Positions 26,101-40,067 of a DNA stretch of 64,000 nucleotides are shown here, piece after piece; the first letter of the stretch is position 1; every line of letters starts with the position of its first letter. The translations under genes were made by a program, and so were the position numbers. Source of the DNA: Lytechinus pictus (Eukaryota); NCBI RefSeq assembly GCF_037042905.1, contig NC_087245.1, positions 30,072,001 through 30,136,000 of the forward strand. The letters run 5' to 3'. A model generated the notes under the pieces. That model saw only the letters and a program-made list of their open reading frames with translations. It was not told the DNA's origin and made no database searches.

Positions 26101-27761
26101 GACCCAGTAATTTAAAAATGATTTAAACAATCTTAATACAAAAGACTTTGTCATATTCTTATTCTTGTGGAATAACACGAGTATAATGCTTAGTCTTTCG
26201 TCTAGACCCGGTTATTTAAAAGATAAACAAATATTGAAAAAAATCACAGCTAAGACCAATCTTCAAAATTAAACCCACTTAAAATGCTTGGGCTTAGAGT
26301 GTTGTCTTTACCCCTCACCCAGTTCTCTTTGAAATACAAATTAAGCGAAACATTAATCTTAAAACTTAGACCCCTGCATCTTCCAAACTATAAAACCCTT
26401 GTGATAACGCATACTTAATTTGTCCTGACCAGTTTATTAACTCTTACCCTGCCAGTACGAATACCCCTTGACTGCCAGGGGTATTCGAGGGAATCCCAAA
26501 TTGACCGAAACGTAAGCAGAGACTGATTTTAAAGCAGTCATAACTCTTTACCCGTACATTGTATAATGAAACCTTCTACACATGAAATCATGCATGGTTC
26601 ATGGACTTTATGATCGTGTTATTATCTTTCTAATTCGCGTTTTAAAAAAATGAGAAAAAATGTAATATTTTACATTGTTGTTTTTTTCAATAAGTAAAAC
26701 CTAGAAATTATAATTTCATGAACATTTCAACGAGCAAGTAACCTGATGAATTGTAGAGATACCAAGAAATTAAGAAGATGAAATAAAAGTTCAATGTGTA
26801 CCCTTTAAAATGACATAAATATTGATGAAATTGAACGAACAGAAATAACAAAAATAATGCTCTTTTGAATGAAATACTATTTTGGCTATTTAAGTTGCTT
26901 CCTCTGAAGAATACACACACAATTGAAAGCGTTCTTTTCCAAAAAAGGGCATCGTCTTCGATCAAGTGACCAATCACAGAACAGCCGTGATCCCCATGCG
27001 AACACACACAATAATATATCAGAACCCTGTATCTTCAAAGTGTGGCCAACCGTAAACTTTCATTCGTGTAGTCTTCAAAATAAGACCCTGTGTTTTTTTT
27101 ATTCGTAGTGTAACAAGCAAAGTTATTGCCAGTCAGAAGGAGACAAAGTATAAATTTAAATATGATATATCAAAATATAGATAAAGAGGGATCGGACAGA
27201 TTCACTACGAACAGGTTTGGGGTATAAAATCCCACAAAATGATATGGGCGTTCTTGGCAAAGTACAAAAAAAGCAAGAAAAAGAAGAGGAAATGCAGATC
27301 AGTTACAAACAAAAAATCACTACAAATTTTCAAAAAAAGAAATTAGGCCTATTTGTTCTGTATTACTGGTCTGACCAATGTAGCCACCTGTTAACATTCT
27401 CCGCGACTACATTATTTTGTTCATGCCACCAAGTCATGAACAATAGATGCCCAGACTCTCTTTCACGAGGAATCTCTAATCCGCGCTCCCTCCTGACCTA
27501 TTATCTAGGAGAGCAATTTAGCACAGGATGTTCTTAGAAATCGGGGCTCACGCTCGTCTTTTGATTTGACTATTCAATACTTTCAAAGGTTCTGATATTT
27601 ATTTCTTTTTACATTTTATTTTTTGGGGGTGACCCAGGTAAAATGAAAACAATTAGCCCCCCCCCCCCCACATAACAATCCAGCCAGGGTCTCCCCAGCT
27701 CGTAGCACTCTCCGTAGTAAAAAAAAAAAATTGTTCAGATAACATGATGTAGAATATATAA

Positions 27762-27962
27762 AGGCCTGGTCACACCGCCCGAGCATTGTTGGAGCGGAGA
27801 GAAAAAATCATCACCGCTCACTACTGTTCACCATTTTCGATTTCGATTGTTGTTGTTTTTTTGTTTTTTTTTCGATTCACCAATTTTGTGAGCGAAATTC
27901 GACCCTCTCTCCCTACTGCTCCACGACCGCTCCAGCAACGCTAGGGCGGTGTGACCAAGCCT
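27762..27962. mobile_element. Harbinger-like MITE
   Basis: TIR AGGCCTGGTCACACCGCCC / GGGCGGTGTGACCAAGCCT, with further imperfect pairing inward. Confidence 0.7.
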
Positions 27963-28280
27963 TACGAAATTTAATATTCAACCCGTTATCGTCATCATTT
28001 TCATTTCTACTCTCTAAAGTCGTTTTAAAACCTCCTTGATAGTGAAGTCAATGCAGCAACTAACAGGTCGGTCTGTGTGATAATTGTAGTGCGCAGACGA
28101 GAGTTGGAAATGACAGCCTTCTTTACTCATATATTCATAGCGAGAACAATTTTTTGAGAATGCTCAAAACAAAGTATAAGACCTCTTCCCCGCCCCCCCC
28201 CCCCACAAAAAAAAATCTTCCACAAATCGTGCACATTTGCAGGCAGAAAAAAGCCTTGACACAAGAATACTACCATACCG

Positions 28281-28467
28281 GCCTGGGCGTTGTGGCGTGC
28301 GCCTGTAATCCAAGCTGTGGGGAAGTTACAAATTGATGCAGAGGTTCGAGGTTGGAGCCCTGGTCACGTCTTTCGGATGGTGACGTTAAAGGTCGGTCCC
28401 AGACGTAAATAATCATATCTGATTGATACACGTCTGACAAAATTCGAATACACACACACACACACAC
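28281..28467 (+). mobile_element. SINE-like element with 7SL RNA (Alu-domain) head and (CA)n tail
   Basis: GCCTGGGCGTTGTGGCGTGCGCCTGTAATCCAAGCT closely matches the 7SL 5' end; then GGTTCGAG, a GTCTTTCGGATGGTGACGTTAAA core-like motif, and (CA)n. Confidence 0.65.
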
Positions 28468-31400
28468 GCAAAAGACCCAATCAATAGCTCATGAATATTC
28501 ATGTGACAATAGCGAATGGGCGAGTAGTGTTGGGTGAGGAACATCGTACCGCTCTGTAATTGGTCAATTCCAAGCTGAATGCCCTCGCACATTTGCCTTT
28601 GCTCTGCCCATAGAAGTACATGTACATGTACATGTATTGCTACACACAACCGTTTAGTTATATCACAGGTGTCTATAGGGGAAATCTTGATTCAGATCAC
28701 GGCAATATCCGTAATCAACTCTTCAAAATAATGATGCAAAAATACAATTTTACTCAAAAAATGTCTATGTAAACCACTATTTTTTATATGATAAAATGAA
28801 TTGTGAATTCCTTGCCAGTATAACTACATAAAAACACAGAATATGGTGTTGATTTTCTGGCTGTAAAATTGGTAAAACAAAAGAAAGTTACTTGGGCACG
28901 TATACGTGCCAATGGCATTTAGAGGCCTAAGGGCACAAATAGCTGCCAATGGCTCTTAAAGAGTTAAAAAAAAAAAAAAAAAATAACCCTCTTCCAGCCT
29001 AAAATCCTGTAATAAATGATGCAATTAAACATTCATTTTTTCTTCCAGGCAAAGAAATTTATAATAAAAAAAAACAACATAAAAACTTAGAGCTCGGGGA
29101 GCATTTCATGAAAGGAGTTTTCTGACGTTTTATCCGACACTGGTAGCACTGCTTCTTAGCCAATCAACATCAAGAACAGTTGTCAGATCTGACAACTTGT
29201 CGGACATAAATGTTGATGAAATACTCCCCCAATCATCTTATTCATGTTTAACAGGCACAAGAATATGATTGTCTAGTTATGAGGATTTCATTTATCTTAT
29301 TTTTGAAATTACAAAGTCTGGAATAAAGAAAACTCTCTAAACTTTTATATATTGAAGGTTCTTAGTTTGAAGGATAGTTTGGCCTTAGATTCTGTTATTC
29401 TTTTTAATTATTTTGGTTATTTTGAAATAATTGGGTCTGGAGGAAAGACTACACTATATTTCCATGTTATTCAATGTTGATAAGATTGCAGGGTCTTTGT
29501 TTTGTTGTATTTTAAATTTCCATGTCACATAAAGAGGATCGTGGGTCTTTGTTTGCTTTTTTTATTATTACTAATTTATTATTATTATTCATCATTTCTT
29601 ATTTGAAAGGTCTGAGTCTGGAGGAAAGACTACGCTATATTTCCATGTTATTAAACATAAATAGGATCGTGGGTCTTTGCTTGCTTTTTTAGTATTACTA
29701 ATTTATTATTATTATTATTATTCATTTGTTATTTGAAAGATCTGGGTCTGGAGGAAAAAACTACGCTATATTTCCATGTTATTCAACAAAAATAGGATCG
29801 TGAGTTGTTGTTTGCTTTTTTTTATTATTACTAATTTATTATTATTAGGTGGTCTGTCGAAAACAGATCACCTATTAGTTTTGTCAGAATTTTATTTCTT
29901 CTTTATTATTATTATTATTATTATTAGGTGGTCTGTTGAAGACAGATCACCTATTAGTTTTGTCAGAATTTTCTTTCTTCTTTATTATTATTATTATTAT
30001 TATTATTTATTTATTTATTAGGTGGTCTGTCAACGACAGATCACCTATTAGTTTTGTCAGAATTTTCTTTCTTCTTTATTAGGTGGTCTGTCGAAGACAG
30101 ATCACCTATTAGTTTTGTCAGAATTTTCTTTCTTCTTTATTATTATTATTTATTTTTATTTCCGCCAATTTTTTGTTCCTAGGATAACTCCAGATCGGTT
30201 TTGTCAATTTCTTTCTATTTTAGCAGAGTCAAAGGTCATTGTCATACGTGACAATAACATTTTCAAGGTCATCAGGTCATCGTGACGTCATCCAGGCGCC
30301 ATTTTGTGAAATCACATTATCAATCATATCTCCATTATCAATTATCAAAAATTAACAATATTTACATCACATTAATTTCAGGTCAAGGGTCAACAGTTGA
30401 TGTCATCAGAGGTCACCTGGTGGTCACGACGCGCGCGTACGCGCGCGTCAAAATTTTAAATTGCTCAAAGTCACATTTTGACCAAAGTAGAGTACGAATC
30501 AGGTCATTTTAAGCATTTCAAAAATTTGCGCACGCACACGTATGCGCGCGCGTTTCCGCGCGTAACGCCTTCAACGCAACGCAGAAACGCCTTTTTTTTA
30601 TATCATTGCATTGATAATATAATTCTGAGCAATTTGATACCTTGATCAACCTTCTACGACAAGTAATAACGAAATTATCACCCGTTAAACTTTGCAGCAC
30701 GTGTGCGCGCGAGCTCTCACTATAGGCCATATATGGGCAAAAACATGTCTATTGAAAATTCACTGTAGCTCTTTAAATAGTCCGTTGACCCCAATTTTTT
30801 TTTCATATGTCGATAGAATATGAGTTGTAGATTTGATTTCATGTCACCATTGTCCCTCAATTTGATCATGACGTCATCAAAATTGCGCCTGAACTGAAAA
30901 TTTCATTTTTTCAAAAATGACGTCATCAAATTTATGCAAATTTGATCATAACTCCGTGAATATTGATCAATTTTCGCCCAGATTTCGATATGTTGTGGTT
31001 TAGAATGTATTCTTTCTCGTCAGTTACCATAAATTTTCATTTTGAAAATTGCATCATGGTGTAAAATTGCGATGAAAAGAGGCATGTCATTTTTCCTCAT
31101 TTTACGTGTAATCTCTGTGGGACATGACTTTTTCTCAAAACTAGATTCTACATTCCTCTATTTCGTGAGCTATATCTCCATTTTTTCTTGTTAGTTATCC
31201 CTGAGCTTTTGGTATGATGTAGCTGAGATTCTAAGCTTTCGGAAGTGTGCCCTTTTTTTTTTCAAGGTCATTAGGTCATCGTGACGTCATCCAGGCGCCA
31301 TTTTGTAAAAATCAGGTCATTATCATATCTCGATAACGAGTCATCAAAAATCAACTATATTTGGTATACATCAACTTCAGGTCAACGGTCAACTAAAAAT

Positions 31401-32763
31401 TTCATCAAATTCCGCGCGCGCACCTCGAAGCGCACGTACGCGCGCATTAAAATTTTAAAATGCTCAAATTCGTTCTAAATTCATTTTCCATACGTTTCAG
31501 GCCATTTTAAGCATTTTGCAAAAAAACGCGCGCAGGCACATGCGCGCGCGTTTTCGCGCGTAATTGCATCTTCCAACATAGAATCGCCAAATTTGTTTAT
31601 ATCAATGCACCGATAATATAATTGTGAGCAATTTGATACCTTGATCAACCTTCTACGACAAGTAATAACGAAATTATCACCCGTTAAACTTTGCAGCACG
31701 TGTGCGCGCGAGCTCTCACTACAGGCCATATATGGGCAAAAACATGTCTATTGAAAATTCACTGTAGCTCTTTAAATAGTCCGTTGACCCCAATTTTTTT
31801 TTCATACATCGATAGAGTATGAGTTGTAGATTTGATTTCATGTCACCATTGTCCCTCAATTTGATCATGACGTCATCAAAATTGCGCCTAAACTGAAAAT
31901 TTCATTTTTTCAAAAATGACGTCATCAAATTTATGCAAATTTGATCATAACTACGTGAATATTGATCATTTTTCGCCCAGATTTCGATATGCTGTAGTTT
32001 AGAATGTATTCTTTCTCGTCATAGTCATGAATTTTCATTTTGAAAAATGCATCATGGTGTAAAATTGCGATGAAAAGAGGCATGTCATTTTTCCTCATTT
32101 TACGTGTAATCTCTATGGGACATGACTTTTTCTCAAAACTAGATTCTACATTCCTCTATTTCGTGAGCTATATCTCCATTTTTTCTTGTTAGTTATCCCT
32201 GAGCTTTTGGTATGATGTAGCTGAGATTCAAAGCTTTCGGAAGTGTGCCCTCAATTTTTCGATCAGATGCCAGGATCATGCCCGTTTTTCGCTTGCAAAT
32301 TGGATTTGTAATTCTCAAATTTGCTTACGTGTAATCGCTATGGGAACGTGTAATCTCTATGGGGAATTTCGTGGCTCAATGGATAACGCACTTGACTTGA
32401 GTTCTCGGGGGCGCAGGTTCGAGTCCTGGGGGTGAACAAGGTGATTTTTTTATTCATTTTTTTTTCTTTTAACACCTCGTACATGATCCTTTATGGTATT
32501 TAAAAGATATGAAAGTTAAAATTTAGCAAGATTAAACAGATTATAATTACTATTTTCATATCACATGTATTTTCATATATCAAAGAGACCCTTTTCACAG
32601 TTCTTTATCATCTCCCGACTTTCACAAGTATTCCATCCATAATGAACATTCCGTTGTCATCATGAAGATCATATTGATCTGCTTGAACATGGTAATAGTG
32701 ATCATGATGGCGAGAATAAGGACAGACCACCTAATTCGTCCGCATGACGAATTAAAATCTAGT

Positions 32764-33750
32764 TTTTGTCTCACCTGCATAGCAGAGTGAGACTATAGGC
32801 GCCGCTTTTCCGACGGCGACGGCGACGGTGACGGCGGCGGCGACGGCGACGGCGGCGGCGGCGTCAACACCAAATCTTAACCTGAGGTTAAGTTTTTGAA
32901 ATGACAGCATAACTTAGAAAGTATATGGACCTAGTTCATGAAACTTGGCCATAAGGTTAATCAAGTATTACTGAACATCCTGCCTGAGTTTCATGTCACA
33001 TGACCAAGGTCAAAGGTCATTTAGGGTCAATGAACTTAGACCATGTTGGGGGAATCAACATCAAAATCTTAACCTAAGGTTAAGTTTTTGAAATGCCATC
33101 ATAACTTAGAAAATATATGGACCTAGTTCATGAAACTTACACATAAGGTTAATCAAGTATCACTGAACATCCTGCATGAGTTTCACGTCACATGACCAAG
33201 GTCAAAGGTCATTTAGGGTCAATGAACTTTGGCCGAATTGGGGGTATCTGTTGAATTACCATCATAACTTTGAAAGTTTATGGATCTGATTCATGAAACT
33301 TGGACATAATAGTAATCAAGTATTACTGAACATCCTGTGCAAGTTTCAGGTCACATGATCAAGGTCAAAGGTCATTTAGGGTCAATGAACTTTGGCCAAA
33401 TTGGGGTATTTGTTGAATTACAGCCATAAATTTGAAAGTGTGTTGGTCTAGTTCATAAAACTTGGACATAAGAGTAATCAAGTATCACTGAACATCCTGT
33501 GCGAGTTTCAGGTCACATGATCAAGGTCAAAGGTCATGTAAGGTCAAAGAACTTTGGCCACGTTGGGGGTATTTGTTGAATTGCCATCATATCTCTATAA
33601 GTGTATTGGTCTAGTTCATAAAACGTGGAAATACGAGTAACCAAGTATCACTGAACATCTTGTGCGAGTTATAGTAGTTTTCAAAATCAGCACTGCTGCT
33701 ATATTGAATCGCGTGATGCAGGTGAGACGGCCAGAGGCATTCCACTTGTT
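32764..33750 (+). mobile_element. Helentron/DINE-1-like element (family B), copy 1
   Basis: SubTIR GTCTCACCTGCAT / ATGCAGGTGAGAC, (GGC/GAC)n microsatellite, 162-192-bp tandem units, T-rich ends. Confidence 0.8.
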
Positions 33751-34349
33751 ATTTATTTCCGCCAATTTTTTGTTCCTAGGATAACTCCAGATCGGTTTTG
33801 TCAATTTCTTTCAATTTTGGCACAGTCAAAGGTCATTGTCATAAGACGTGACAATAACATTTTCAAGGTCATCAGGTCATCGTGACGTCATCCAGGCGCC
33901 ATTTTGTGAAATCACATTATCAATCATATCGTCATTATCAATTATCAAAAATTAATCATATTTACATCACATTAACTTCAGGTCAAGGGTCAACTGTCCA
34001 TGTCATCAAATGTCATGTAAAGGTCACGATGTGCGCGTACGGGCGCGTCAAAATTTTAAAATGCTCAAAATCACTTTTTGACCAAAGTAGAGTACGAATC
34101 AGGTCATTTTAAGGATTTCATAAATTTGCGCGCGCGCACGGTTACGCGCGCATTCTCGCGCGTAACGGCAATATGCAACATATAGGATCGCCATTTTTGT
34201 TTATATCAATGCACCGATAATATAATTCTGAACAATTTGATACCTTGATCAACCTTCTACGACCATTAATAACGAAATTAACACCCGTTAAAGTTTGCAG
34301 CACGTGTGCGCGCGAGCTCTTACTATAGGCCATATATGGGCAAAAACAT

Positions 34350-35122
34350 GGGGCGGTATTCTGAGGTCATTTTATCTTTAAAATATTTTATTTTATCTCT
34401 TAAAATGAAATTGGTATTCTGAGATGACATTTTATCTCTCAGATAAAATTTTAAATTTTATCTTGCATATAAATTTTATCTTGCGTATCTATAGATGATA
34501 CGCAACAGAACAATGCCTGCGTAGACATACCCATCGCGTATCTGGCCATTGCAACGCGAATGATGTGCTTGCGCCCACGTTACTTTGAAGAAAAAATAAA
34601 ATAAACTTAAAAGAGGGTCGGGGCTATTTTATCTCCGCGACGTCGATTTCATCATTCTTTCTAGGTGAATTTACTCCAAATGTTGACATGAAAATGAAGA
34701 AAAATTATATATTTATTGAGAACAACACCTTAACGTTATTCCTGTACAATCAGGAAGTATTTCATAAGACTTTTCTTGACTAAAATCGTCTTTGAAATGA
34801 TGCTTGAAAAGATGCGATATAGACTTCGAAAAAAAGATTAGAGTATTGTCATTTTTTTAAAAGATGTCTCTGTAAAGACGCGCAAGCGTATAGTGCAAGC
34901 GTATTTGAAGTAAAAAAAAAATTGACGCAATGTCACTCCTTTGCCACACCTCCTGGCGGAATGGATTTCCATTGGTTGAGTGATATGAGAGAGCTATAAA
35001 AGCGCGTTTCCAATTGGATATTGATTTTAAAATAGGTGTGTCTTACAGAGATAAAATTAAGTTAAAATTGTTCTCAGAATACCGATTCGGAGAGATTTTA
35101 AGGGTATTTTATCTCTCTGATT
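34350..35122. mobile_element. Harbinger-like MITE inserted in a family A copy
   Basis: TIR GGGGCGGTATTCTGAG / CTCAGAATACCACCCC; absent from the sister copies at the same position. Confidence 0.8.
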
Positions 35123-38100
35123 TTAACGGAGATAAAATATTTTATTTTATCTGAGATAAAATGGATCTCAGAATACCACCCCAGCTTATTAAAAATTCAC
35201 TGTAGCTCTTCAGAACGAACGGGAACCCCCAATTTTTCCTCACTCTTGGATATAGTCAATATCTCATTTGGAGATTTTGTGATGACATCAAAATTCCATT
35301 CGAAGTAAAAAAACATTTTTTCGGCAATTCATCAATTTTTTATTTATTTAGTATTTATTTATATTTGGCTGTATCTTTGTTATTAGTGGTCGATTTTCTC
35401 CCAAATTTTGATATCATGTACTGAAGACAATTCTCTACAAAAAAAGTGGAATAATTTTAACTTTTGACCACAGCATCAGTGTGTTATGACTTGTTTAAGT
35501 TTTTGCTATTTTTTTCTGGACCTAATTTTTGAGAATTTTTTAAAGAAAATGCTTCATTAATCAATTGTATGGTCTTCCTGAAAATTTTAAGCCCACCTGC
35601 TTTGCGGTTACTTATGTAGGAGATATTTTGTAATTTTGCCGGAACTTTTTAAAGGGCAATTTTAACATTGTAAAACATCATTTATGTATTTTTGTAGTAA
35701 ACGCAGCAATATTTAAACGCTATTGGGTTGAAAAATTTTATTCCGGACATTTTGCGGAAATTCCTGGATTTTTTTTTTCTTTGTTCATTTTGACTAAATA
35801 TAACGTATAACAAATTTCCAGGTACCTTCTGTGAAATGAAAAAAAGTGTGCAATTTAGTTAATTACACATGTTCCCGAAATTTTGCGGGAAAATCGCCAG
35901 TATTTGAATCTTTTACCTGACTTTTTTCAGTAAAAATCATCAAGAAGGAATTTTCAAGTAAATGTCAAAGTCATACACAATGAATAAAAAGATACTGAAA
36001 ATTCTTGACGGAAAATATTATTTGAAATGTTTAGAAATTTGCAAAAATTTGGCAAACATTTACAAAAAAAATTCTACTTGATTCTTTTATCATATACATC
36101 ACTGATGAGTTTTGATGTGAATGCTGTGAAACTTCTCATTAAAATCTATTGAAATGTAGCAGAAAATTTGAACAAAAATATTTAAGATATTTTAGTTTTC
36201 AAAAAGTATCACCTATAAATTTTCAAGTCTTCTGTGAAATTAATACCCACTGACATTGTGAAATGTCAGTGGGTGAAATCTTAAAAAAAAGGCTCAAAGT
36301 ACAAAGAATTTTTACAAAGATTTTGCATATAAAAACATCAAACTGTCGATTAAAAATTAGCTGCTGTGAAAATTAAAGCGCCTTTCATTGCGCAATTTTG
36401 GAAAGCCAATTTCAGTAAAATCGTCTGGAGATTTTTGAGTTTTTAAGGCATTTTACGTGCTCCTAACTTTATTTTGTATTTAACATATTGCATTATCACC
36501 ACCATCATTATAATCATCACTACATTTATAATCAAATTTAGCAAATGTCAAAATTTATTCCTTTGATATCTATGATCAAGATTATCAATCATATCTGAAT
36601 GATTTATTCCCAGGATTCATTTTATAGAACATTAGCCGACAATGAATGAAGAATCATGACAGACCACCTAATTCGTCCGCATGACGAATTAAAATCTAGT
36701 TATTTATTTTTATTTATTTCCGCCAATTTTTTGTTCCTAGGATAACTCCAGATCGGTTTTGTCAATTTCTTTCTATTTTAGCAGAGTCAAAGGTCATTGT
36801 CATACGTGACAATAACATTTTCAAGGTCATCAGGTCATCGTGACGTCATCCAGGCGCCATTTTGTGAAATCACATTATCAATCATATCTCCATTATCAAT
36901 TATCAAAAATTAACAATATTTACATCACATTAATTTCAGGTCAAGGGTCAACAGTTGATGTCATCAGAGGTCACCTGGTGGTCACGACGCGCGCGTACGC
37001 GCGCGTCAAAATTTTAAATTGCTCAAAATCACTTTTTGACCAAAGTAGAGTACGAATCAGGTCATTTTAAGCATTTCAAAAATTTGCGCACGCACACGTA
37101 TGCGCGCGCGTTTCCGCGCGTAACGCCTTCAACGCAACGCAGAAACGCCTTTTCTTTTATATCATTGCATTGATAATATAATTCTGAGCAATTTGATACC
37201 TTGATCAACCTTCTACGACAAGTAATAACGAAATTATCACCCGTTAAACTTTGCAGCACGTGTGCGCGCGAGCTCTCACTATAGGCCATATATGGGCAAA
37301 AACATGTCTATTGAAAATTCACTGTAGCTCTTTAAATAGTCCGTTGACCCCAATTTTTTTTTCATATGTCGATAGAATATGAGTTGTAGATTTGATTTCA
37401 TGTCACCATTGTCCCTCAATTTGATCATGACGTCATCAAAATTGCGCCTGAACTGAAAATTTCATTCTTTCAAAAATGACGTCATCAAATTTATGCAAAT
37501 TTGATCATAACTCCGTGAATATTGATAATTTTTCGCCCAGATTTCGATATGTTGTAGTTTAGAATGTACTCTTTCTCGTCAGTTAACATGAATTTTCGTT
37601 TTGAAAAACGCATCATGGTGTAAAATTGCGATGAAAAGAGGCATGTCATTTTTCCTCATTTTACGTGTAATCTCTATGGGACATGACTTTTTCTCAAAAC
37701 TAGATTCTACATTCCTCTATTTCGTGAGCTATATCTCCATTTTTTCTTGGTAGTTATCCCTGAGCTTTTGGTATGATGTAGCTGAGATTCTAAGCTTTTG
37801 GAATGTGCCCTCCATTTTTCGATCAGATGCCAGGATCATGCCCGTTTTTTGCTTGCAAAATTGGATTTGTAATTCTTAAATTTGCTTCCGTGTAATCTCT
37901 ATGGGAACGTGTAATCTCTATGGGGAAAATCGTGGCTAAATGGATAACGCACTTGACTTGAGTTCTCGGGGGCGCAGGTTCGAGTCCTGGGGGTGAACAA
38001 GATGATTTTTTTTTCTTTTTTTTTTTCTTTTTACCACCTCGTACATGATCATTTATGATAATTAAAAGGTATGAAAGTTAAAATTTAGCAAGATTAAACA

Positions 38101-39172
38101 GATTATAAATACTTTTTTCATAACACATGTATTTTCATATATCAAAGAGACCCTTTTCACAGTGCTTTATCATCTCCCGTCTTTCACAAGTACTCCATCC
38201 ATAATGAACATTCCATTGTCATCATGAAGATCATATTGATCTGCTTGAACATGGTAATAGTGATCATGATGGCGAGAATAAGGACAGACCACCTAATTCG
38301 TCCGCATGACGAATTAAAATCTAGTTATTATTATTATTATTATCCATTTGTTATTTGAAAGATCTGAGTCTGGATGAAAGACTACGCTATATGTCCATGT
38401 TATTTAACATTTACAAGAGATTTTGGGTCTTTGTTACTTTTCCACCAGTTTTAATTGACTGGGTCTGGAGAAAAGACTAAGCTCGATTCTCATTTTATTC
38501 AACTAGAATATCATTATCTTAGTTTGGACTTAAAATAATTTTGAAACTACCGGGTCTGGAAAAAAGACTTTGGATATATATTATGATTTTTTAAACAACC
38601 GGGTCTGGAAAAAAAGACTTTGGACGTATATTATAATTTTGAAACAACCGGGTCTGGAAAAAGACTTTGGAATTATAATGTTTTATTAACCGGGTCTGGA
38701 ATAAAGACTTTGGACGTATATTATAATTTTGAAACAACCGGGTCAGGAAAAAGACTTTGGACTTACATTATAATTTTTGAATTAACCGTGTCTGGAAAAA
38801 AGACTTTGGACGTATATTATAATTTTGAAACAACGGGGTCTGGAAAAAGACTTTGGAATTATAATGTTTTATTAATCGGGTCTGGAATAAAGACTTTGCA
38901 CTTTTGTGCTATGTGAACGCATTACTACAGGATTTTAGTTTAGAACAGATTCGCCAAAAATCCCTTCAAAATTATTACATGTGTGGGTAAAGTCATTATT
39001 ACATTTGTGGGCAAAGTGCATTATTACATTTGTGGGTGAAATTATTACATTTGTGGGTAAAGTGTTATTACATTTGTAGGCGTTATTACATTTGTGGGTT
39101 AAGTGTTATTACATTTGTGGGCGTAATTACATTTGTGGGCGATTATTACATTTGTGGGTGTAACACCCCCCC

Positions 39173-39215
<43 letters not shown>

Positions 39216-39388
39216 ATACACTTTTGAAATGGCTACCAAATAGAAAATATATCACCTTGGGGGAAAAGACTTATAAATATGTAAAGCCAATAGAGTAAAC
39301 TTTCAAGTGACACCAAAAAGTTGGAAAACTATTCATGCTTGAGCGAGCACTGCCCACTGAAACAAAGGGTATTCCAATTTCTTTCAGG

Positions 39389-40067
39389 TTTTTGTCTCAC
39401 CTGCATAGCAGAGTGAGACTATAGGCGCCGCTTTTCCGACGGCGGCGGCCGCGTCAACACCAAATCTTTACCTGAGGTTAAGTTTTTGAAATGACAGCAT
39501 AACTTAGAAAGTATATGGACCTAGTTCATGAAACTTGGCCATAAGGTTAATCAAGTATTACTGAACATCCTGCCTGAGTTTTCTGTCACATGACCAAGGT
39601 CAAAGGTCATTTAGGGTCAATGAACTTAGAACATGTTGGGGGAATCAACATCAAAATCTTAACCTAAGGTTAAGTTTTTGAAATGTCATCATAACTAACA
39701 TCAGAACTTTGGCCGAATTGGGGGTATCTGTTGAATTACCATCATAACTTTAAAAGTTTATGGATCTTATTCATGAAACTTGGACATAATAGTAATCAAG
39801 TATTACTGAACATCCTGTGCAAGTTTCAGGTCACATGATCAAGGTCAAAGGTCATTTATGGTCAATGAACTTTGGTCAAATTGGGGTATTTGTTGAATTG
39901 CCATCATATCTCTATAAGTGTATTGGTCTAGTTCATAAAACGTGGAAATAAGAGTAACCAAGTATCACTGAACATCTTGTGCGAGTTATAGTAGTTTTCA
40001 AAATCAGCACTGCTGCTATATTGAATCGCGTGATGCAGGTGAGACGGCCAGAGGCATTCCACTTGTT
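39389..40067 (+). mobile_element. Family B Helentron-like element, copy 2 (internally deleted)
   Basis: Same termini as 32764-33750, with fewer tandem units. Confidence 0.8.

Larger units (their letters stand above)
26441..28963. mobile_element. Possible piggyBac-like non-autonomous element
   Basis: TTAA|CTCTT ... AAGAG|TTAA with weak terminal similarity (GCCA at the same offset). Confidence 0.4.
29846..38325 (+). mobile_element. Nested cluster of Helentron/DINE-1-like elements (family A)
   Basis: Heads TAGGTGGTCTGTC-gaa-GACAGATCACCTA at 29846, 29925, 30019, 30080; tails GACAGACCACCTA-ATTCGTC(cgcat)GACGAAT-TAAAATCTAG ending at 32762, 36699, 38324; the host repeat unit resumes after 38325. 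Confidence 0.85.
23135..39165. mobile_element. Large foldback-type element with modular, internally repetitive inverted arms
   Basis: Outer arrays of CCCACAAATGTAATAA (23135-23305) are inverted at 38972-39165; inner 49-bp arrays (CCAGACCCGG...AAAGTCTTTTTT, 23400-25680) are inverted at 38440-38900; decayed inverted units at 29300-29840. Confidence 0.8.
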
